This document shows positions 58,346 to 64,000 of a stretch of DNA of 64,000 bases, one piece after another; position 1 is the first letter of the stretch, and each line of letters opens with the position of its first letter. Location of the stretch: contig CAVPZX010000003.1 of NCBI GenBank assembly GCA_963710375.1, positions 128,001 to 192,000 on the forward strand. The letters run 5' to 3'. The notes beneath the pieces were generated by a model. It was not told where the DNA came from, searched no databases, and saw nothing but the letters and a program-made list of their open reading frames with translations. This stretch comes from Nitrospirota bacterium (GTDB lineage Bacteria; Nitrospirota; Thermodesulfovibrionia; Thermodesulfovibrionales; Dissulfurispiraceae). A program made the position numbers and the translations under genes.

Positions 58346-60556
58346 ATGAAGTTAAACAAGGAAATACAGGCCCTGTTAAAGGGAGAATCCGGCGATCCTT
58401 TCTCGATCCTCGGCGTGCATCGTTCTGAAGGCGCGTTCTGCATAAGGGCTTTTTTGCCCGAGGCAAAGGCAGCATGGGTTTTACAGCACAAGGGGCCGGC
58501 AAAAAAACGTTTTATTAAAATGGCTAAGCGGCATAAGGAGGGTTTGTTTGAGGCGGTTACTGAGCGTCTTTCCAGGCCATTCAGATACACGTTAAGGACC
58601 ACCAATAGCCGGGATGAGGTCCGGGAATTTTATGACCCTTATTGCTTTCCGCAGGTTCTGACTGATTTTGATCTGCACCTAATCGGAGAGGGGACGCATT
58701 ACCAGAACTATGAAAAACTCGGCTCCCATGTGAGGGAAATAGGGGGCGTACGCGGGGTACATTTTGCGGTCTGGGCCCCTAATGCCAGGAGGGTAAGCGT
58801 TATAGGAGACTTTAACGAATGGGACGGGAGGCGGCATCCCATGCGCTTTCTGGTCGATTCAGGGATTTGGGAGCTTTTTATCCCCGGGCTCGGAGAGGGG
58901 ACATTATATAAATTCGATATTTTATCGAAGTACAGTGAATGGAGGGAGCAGAAGACCGATCCGTTTGCATTCTTTTTTGAGGTACGTCCGAAAACCGCTG
59001 CGATTGTTTACGATTTAGGGAACAAACACAAATGGAATGATGCGGCCTGGCTTTCTTCGCGCAGTGAGCTGAACTGGTTCGAGTCGCCGGTTGCGATCTA
59101 TGAGGTGCATCTGGGCTCCTGGATGCGCGTTGCCGAAGAAAATTCACGTTTCCTCACATACAGGGAGTTTGCCGATAAACTGATACCGCATGTCAAGAAG
59201 CTTGGATATACGCATATAGAGTTTCTGCCCATGGCAGAGCACCCGCTCGATGCATCGTGGGGGTATCAGCCGATCGGCTATTATGCGCCGACCAGCAGGT
59301 TCGGCAAACCTGAAGACTTTATGTATTTTATCGACTGTTGTCATCAAAACGGAATAGGCGTTATCGTTGACTGGGTACCGGCCCATTTCCCCAAGGATGC
59401 TCACGGATTGGCTTACTTTGACGGCACCTGCCTTTATGAGCATGCCGACCCACGGAAAGGAGAGCACAAGGAGTGGGGAACACTGGTGTTTAATTATGGC
59501 AGGAATGAGGTAAAAAATTACCTTATATCAAACGCGCTCTTTTGGCTCGAAAAGTATCATATTGACGGTCTGAGGGTCGATGCTGTCGCATCAATGCTCT
59601 ATCTCGATTATTCCAGGCGGCAAGGGGAATGGATACCGAACAAATACGGCGGCCACGAAAACCTTGAGGCGATAGATTTCCTCAAAACTTTTAACGAGGT
59701 GGTGCACAGGCTTCATCCCGGCGTGCTCACTATTGCGGAAGAGTCAACTTCATGGGCTGGAGTTTCAAAGCCGACCCACCTCGGAGGCCTCGGTTTCAGT
59801 ATGAAGTGGAACATGGGTTGGATGCATGACACTCTTATGTTTTTTTCCTATGAGACCATCCATAGAAAGTACCACATGAACAATCTCACGTTCAGCATGA
59901 TATACGCATTCAGCGAAAATTTTATTCTTCCTTTTTCCCATGATGAGGTAGTTTACGGCAAGCGGTCAATGCTTAATAAAATGCCTGGAGATATGTGGCA
60001 GAAATTCGCCAACCTAAGGGCGTTGTACGGCTATATGTACGGTCATCCCGGTAAAAAGCTTATGGTTATGGGCTCTGAATTCGGACAATGGAATGAATGG
60101 AATTTTGACAAGGGTCTCGATTGGGACCTGATTCAGCACGAGCCGCATAAGAAGTTGCTGAAATACGTTACCGACCTGAACGCCCTTTATGAGAGTGAGC
60201 CTGCTCTGTACGAGGTATGTTTCGATTGGCATGGTTTTCAATGGATCGACTTCCACGACGCCGATAACAGCATTCTTGCTTTTATCAGGAAGGCAAAGGA
60301 CGAGGATGATTTTCTTGTCTTTGTGTTCAATCTTACGCCGGTGCCACGCTTCGGCTACCGTATTGGAGTGCCCCGGGACGGCTTTTATAAAGAGATACAC
60401 AACAGCGACTCATTAATATACTGGGGCGGAAACATTGGTAACGGCGGTGGTTTAAGCGCCGAGAAGATTATCTCTCACAAGGGCTTTCCATTTTCTCTGA
60501 ACCTCATCCTGCCGCCGTTGTCCGTACTTGTTTTCAAACCTGGGCAGCAGGTTTAA
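58346..60556 (+). CDS. glgB: 1,4-alpha-glucan branching enzyme
   Basis: FAVWAPNA, IYEVHLGSW, SWGYQ, DGLRVDAVASM, IAEEST and SHDEVV motifs. Confidence 0.97.
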   Translation: MKLNKEIQALLKGESGDPFSILGVHRSEGAFCIRAFLPEAKAAWVLQHKGPAKKRFIKMAKRHKEGLFEAVTERLSRPFRYTLRTTNSRDEVREFYDPYCFPQVLTDFDLHLIGEGTHYQNYEKLGSHVREIGGVRGVHFAVWAPNARRVSVIGDFNEWDGRRHPMRFLVDSGIWELFIPGLGEGTLYKFDILSKYSEWREQKTDPFAFFFEVRPKTAAIVYDLGNKHKWNDAAWLSSRSELNWFESPVAIYEVHLGSWMRVAEENSRFLTYREFADKLIPHVKKLGYTHIEFLPMAEHPLDASWGYQPIGYYAPTSRFGKPEDFMYFIDCCHQNGIGVIVDWVPAHFPKDAHGLAYFDGTCLYEHADPRKGEHKEWGTLVFNYGRNEVKNYLISNALFWLEKYHIDGLRVDAVASMLYLDYSRRQGEWIPNKYGGHENLEAIDFLKTFNEVVHRLHPGVLTIAEESTSWAGVSKPTHLGGLGFSMKWNMGWMHDTLMFFSYETIHRKYHMNNLTFSMIYAFSENFILPFSHDEVVYGKRSMLNKMPGDMWQKFANLRALYGYMYGHPGKKLMVMGSEFGQWNEWNFDKGLDWDLIQHEPHKKLLKYVTDLNALYESEPALYEVCFDWHGFQWIDFHDADNSILAFIRKAKDEDDFLVFVFNLTPVPRFGYRIGVPRDGFYKEIHNSDSLIYWGGNIGNGGGLSAEKIISHKGFPFSLNLILPPLSVLVFKPGQQV

Positions 60557-60567
60557 GCAAAGTACCT

Positions 60568-61716
60568 GTGGTCAGTGAGATCATGATTGAATTTGCAGGG
60601 CTGAGCGGCCTCTCGCCGGCAGGGGCTTCTCCTCTGCGCTACTTATGGACGGATGCCTTTGCCGTCTGCAATTTCCTCGGTCTTTATCACCAAACGAAAA
60701 ATGAGCATTACATGCGTCTCGCATCCATGCTTGTTGATCAGGTGCATGCGGTACTTGGTCGTCATCGTCCTGATGACTCACGTACGGGCTGGATCAGCGG
60801 CCTTGGTGAGCAGGAGGGCGCAAAGCACCCCACAAAAGGGGGACTGAGGATCGGGAAAGAGATAAACGAGCGTAGGCCGGCGGAGCCCTTTGATGAGCGA
60901 TTTGAGTGGGACCGGGACGGGCAGTATTATCATTACCTGACACAATGGATGCACGCTCTCGATTGCCTGAGCCGGGTCACCGGAGATCAGACATTTAACA
61001 TGTGGGCAATAGAGCTGGCAAAAACGGTTCATGCAAAATTCACCTACGTCCCGCCGCGCGGGGAAGAAAAGCGCATGTACTGGAAGATGAGCATAGATCT
61101 ATCGTATCCGCTAGTGTCGTCCATGGGTCATCACGATCCTCTTGATGGATTGATCACTTACAGCGAGCTTCAGTCCACTGCTGGGAAGTATTCGCGACGG
61201 TCGCCGGACCTCAGCGCAGAGATTGCCGACATGGGCATGATATGTGAAGGTAAAGACTGGACCACTGATGACCCCCTTGGCATAGGCGGTCTCTTGATCG
61301 GCGCGTACAAGATGGCACAGTTAATTGCAGCAGGCAGCTTTATACGACCTGACCTCCTCGATACTGTTTTGGTTGCTTCCCTCAAGGGCTTAGACTATTT
61401 TGCTGCACAATCCACTTTGAATCTCCCGGCAGATTATCGACTCGCATTTCGGGAACTGGGATTGTCGATCGGATTACAGGCCATTGAGAGACTGCAGGGC
61501 TTGCTTGAGCAGTATCCCGGCGTCTTCAAGAACAAATCCCTTGTTCATTCGCAAATGCGAAGCCTCAGGCGGTATGCGCGGCTCAGCGGACTGATCAATG
61601 CATTTTGGCTCGAGAGTGAAAACAGGGAATCCAACAGCTGGACGGACCATCGAAACATCAATATGGTGATGCTTGTCACCAGCCTGTCTCCTGATGGGTA
61701 TCTCTCTCCTCTATGA
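60568..61716 (+). CDS. Conserved hypothetical protein (possible alpha/alpha-toroid enzyme)
   Basis: 382-aa ORF with RYLWTDAFAV, DGQYYHYLT.WM and RLAFRELGL blocks; co-directional with glgB. Confidence 0.7.
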   Translation: MVSEIMIEFAGLSGLSPAGASPLRYLWTDAFAVCNFLGLYHQTKNEHYMRLASMLVDQVHAVLGRHRPDDSRTGWISGLGEQEGAKHPTKGGLRIGKEINERRPAEPFDERFEWDRDGQYYHYLTQWMHALDCLSRVTGDQTFNMWAIELAKTVHAKFTYVPPRGEEKRMYWKMSIDLSYPLVSSMGHHDPLDGLITYSELQSTAGKYSRRSPDLSAEIADMGMICEGKDWTTDDPLGIGGLLIGAYKMAQLIAAGSFIRPDLLDTVLVASLKGLDYFAAQSTLNLPADYRLAFRELGLSIGLQAIERLQGLLEQYPGVFKNKSLVHSQMRSLRRYARLSGLINAFWLESENRESNSWTDHRNINMVMLVTSLSPDGYLSPL

Positions 61717-61727
61717 CATATTCTGCT

Positions 61728-61937
61728 CAGCAATTCAGACAGTGTAATGAAGGATATGTCTCTTACGCTCAGGCGCTACGTCCTGACAGTTCTAACGGCT
61801 TGTTCGCTACAGGCGCAAAACTCGCCCTTCGGGCTCAGACATTGCGCCTGTTAGACGCTCACTTCGCCGAGAACTGTTACCAGGACTCCGCGATTCGCTT
61901 CAGAGGCACATCCTTCATTACACTGTTTGAATTGCTG
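61728..61937. mobile_element. MITE (210 bp) with 36-bp terminal inverted repeats and 8-bp target-site duplication
   Basis: CAGCAATTCA(G/A)ACAGTGTAATGAAGGAT... TIRs; ATTCTGCT direct repeat at 61720-61727 and 61938-61945. Confidence 0.85.
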
Positions 61938-61998
61938 ATTCTGCTATCTGAGTTTGGGGTGTAAGTGATATACTGTTTATAAGCTGACTGCCTGCGTT

Positions 61999-63228
61999 AT
62001 GCAATATCCATCTGTGTTAAATACGCTTTTCCGCTCCCTCCGTCACCGGAACTTCCGGCTTTTCTGGTCCGGGCAGCTCATATCCCTCATCGGCACGTGG
62101 ATGCAGAACTTAGGTCAGGCATGGCTCGTGCTGGAGTTGACCCACTCGTCCTTCAAACTCGGCATTGTCTCGGCCCTGCAGTTTTTACCGATGCTTTTTT
62201 TGTCTTTTCCTGCCGGCGTGTTGATCGACTATTTCCCGAAACGGATGATCATCATCGCAACCCAGACCGTAATGATGGTCCTCGCCTTTACGTTGGCTGC
62301 CCTGCAGTGGTCCGGTGTTGTCCAGTACTGGCATGTGCTGGTCCTCGCCACTATACTTGGCGTGGCCAACACCGTCGACATGCCTGCGCGCCAGGCTTTT
62401 ATCATTGAAATGGTCGGGAAAGAGGACCTGATGAACGCTATCGCGCTCAATTCCTCCATCTTCAACGCTGCCCGGGCCGTAGGGCCCGCCATAGCCGGGC
62501 TTTTAATAGGGGCTCTGGGCACAGGCGCCTGTTTCTTCGTTAACGGCCTGAGCTATCTAGCAGTCATCTGGGGCCTCTGGCTCATCAGTTTCGCTGAGCC
62601 CAGGACAATGAGGCAGGGGACCTATCACATCATGGTCGATATCCGCGAGGCGATGAGATACATCAGAAATACCCCTGTCGTCATGGTCACTATCCTGCTT
62701 GTGGCGGTCGTCAGCATTTTCGGAACTAACTTCAACGTCCTGGTGCCTGTATTCGCTCGCCAGGAACTCCATCGTGACGCTGCAGCTTTCGGATTTCTAA
62801 TGTCGGCCTTCGGCACAGGAGCGCTCATCGGAGCGGTATCACTGGCAGCCCTAAGCAGACAGGGCCCGAAATCGTCCTTTCTCCTGGGCGGAGGCATGGC
62901 ACTTTCATTGATCCTCATCCTTATCGGGACCCAGCATTCGTACGCCTGGACCGCACTGCTGCTGGCCCTGGCCGGCTGGTGCCTGGTCACTTTTTTCGGC
63001 ATGGCCAACTCCACTGTACAATTGAACACCGAAGACCAGCTTCGCGGACGGGTGATGAGTGTTTACACCTTTACCTTCGGCGGGCTCACGCCCTTCGGCA
63101 GCCTGTTTGCAGGGTCTGTTGCCCACTATGTTGACGCTCCATTTACGTTCGCCCTAGGCGGGTTAATAAGCGGAATAGTTTTTTTTGCGGTAATACTGAA
63201 GCGGAAGAAGATCGCGGCTTGGCGGTGA
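61999..63228 (+). CDS. MFS transporter (MFS_3/DUF894-like)
   Basis: LRHRNFRLFW.GQ.IS..GTWMQ, MPARQAF, NAIALNS and LRGRVMS motifs. Confidence 0.92.
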   Translation: MQYPSVLNTLFRSLRHRNFRLFWSGQLISLIGTWMQNLGQAWLVLELTHSSFKLGIVSALQFLPMLFLSFPAGVLIDYFPKRMIIIATQTVMMVLAFTLAALQWSGVVQYWHVLVLATILGVANTVDMPARQAFIIEMVGKEDLMNAIALNSSIFNAARAVGPAIAGLLIGALGTGACFFVNGLSYLAVIWGLWLISFAEPRTMRQGTYHIMVDIREAMRYIRNTPVVMVTILLVAVVSIFGTNFNVLVPVFARQELHRDAAAFGFLMSAFGTGALIGAVSLAALSRQGPKSSFLLGGGMALSLILILIGTQHSYAWTALLLALAGWCLVTFFGMANSTVQLNTEDQLRGRVMSVYTFTFGGLTPFGSLFAGSVAHYVDAPFTFALGGLISGIVFFAVILKRKKIAAWR

Positions 63229-63252
63229 TGCAGAAGAGTACTCAAGGCTCTA

Positions 63253-64000
63253 TTAGCAGTGTATCGACTGTTCGGGTGCAGCTTCTTTCACAAATTTTTT
63301 CCGTTTTGCCCTGAGACTGAGATACTCTTTTGCTTCTTTGTACAAGCGGCTCCGCTCGCTTCTGTCAAACATGGCCCGCCGTACAATTCTGAATATGATC
63401 CTGGGCCTGAAGTAATATCGTCCGTAAAAACGCTCGACAGCATCGACAATCTCGTGCCGGGTCAGGCCCGGATATTTTATGTTGGCAAGCTGGTGCCCCA
63501 ACTCATCGAACATATCATCGTCCGTGAGGTAGCCATGCGTGCGCATGTAATCATGGAGTGCAGTCCCAGGGAAGGAATGGGCGATCGATACCTGTATAGT
63601 CTCGCAGTCAAGCTCTTCAGCAAACTTAATAGTCTGTTCGATGGTGTCACGTGTTTCACCCGGAAGACCTATTATGAAATCCCCGTGCACGAGCATCCCA
63701 AGCTTCTTGCAGTTCTTCATGAACGTCTTTGCCTGTTCAACCGAGGCCCCTTTGGAGATATTCTGAAGTATGGTCGCGTTGCCCGATTCGAAACCCACGA
63801 TCAGCAGCCGGCAGCCTGCTTCCTTCATGGCCTTCAGTGTTTCATAATCGCAGTGGGCCCGTGAATTGCACGACCAGGTAAAATTGATCGTTTTCAGTTT
63901 CGCACATAAATCAAGGACACGGCGTTTGCCCCAGGAAAAAGTATCATCGTCAAAAAATATTTCCTTCACGTTTGGAAAAAGTTCGAGCGCCCGGCGTACC
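63253..64000 (-). CDS. Radical SAM protein, HpnJ-like (3' part; start lies beyond the window)
   Basis: EIFFDDDTF, TWSCN, RLLIVGFESG, HGDFIIGLPGET and TIQVS motifs. Confidence 0.8.
   Translation of the reverse strand, partial: VRRALELFPNVKEIFFDDDTFSWGKRRVLDLCAKLKTINFTWSCNSRAHCDYETLKAMKEAGCRLLIVGFESGNATILQNISKGASVEQAKTFMKNCKKLGMLVHGDFIIGLPGETRDTIEQTIKFAEELDCETIQVSIAHSFPGTALHDYMRTHGYLTDDDMFDELGHQLANIKYPGLTRHEIVDAVERFYGRYYFRPRIIFRIVRRAMFDRSERSRLYKEAKEYLSLRAKRKKFVKEAAPEQSIHC

Noticed and set aside
61713..61964. 83-aa ORF
   Set aside because: Coincides with the MITE; no coding signature.

Overview
Bacterial chromosomal window, roughly 48% GC by eye. Gene content and style suggest an anaerobe such as Nitrospirota (Thermodesulfovibrionia) or Desulfobacterota, but taxonomy is not provable here. 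Housekeeping genes lie on both flanks: fbaA, dcd, pyrF and pabB/trpE-like on the left; tsaD, nupC, dedA, zapA/zapB, slt, aroC, glgB and hpnJ-like on the right. Between them is a 35,658-bp unit bounded by 2,634-bp direct repeats of the System II cytochrome c maturation genes resB-resC (7282-9915 and 42940-45573). The unit encodes what looks like a complete OmcS-type cytochrome nanowire system with 73 CXXCH motifs. It has three hexaheme OmcS homologues, one lacking the inter-subunit His16 equivalent; 26- and 16-heme cytochromes; two c7-type hexahemes; NHL/YVTN propellers; an outer-membrane beta-barrel; two CsgG/PelC-like lipoproteins; a SurA/PrsA-like chaperone; and a TMTC-like glycosyltransferase. 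Regulation includes a heme-bearing sensor kinase with a sigma54 activator, four -24/-12 promoters sharing a tandem enhancer motif, and a GEMM-I riboswitch with c-di-GMP-type residues ahead of the second omcS. The window also holds two MITE-like palindromic elements, short-period palindromic repeats (some inserted in frame in a gene), a His-less pseudo-kinase and two same-context frameshifts that are probably sequencing errors.
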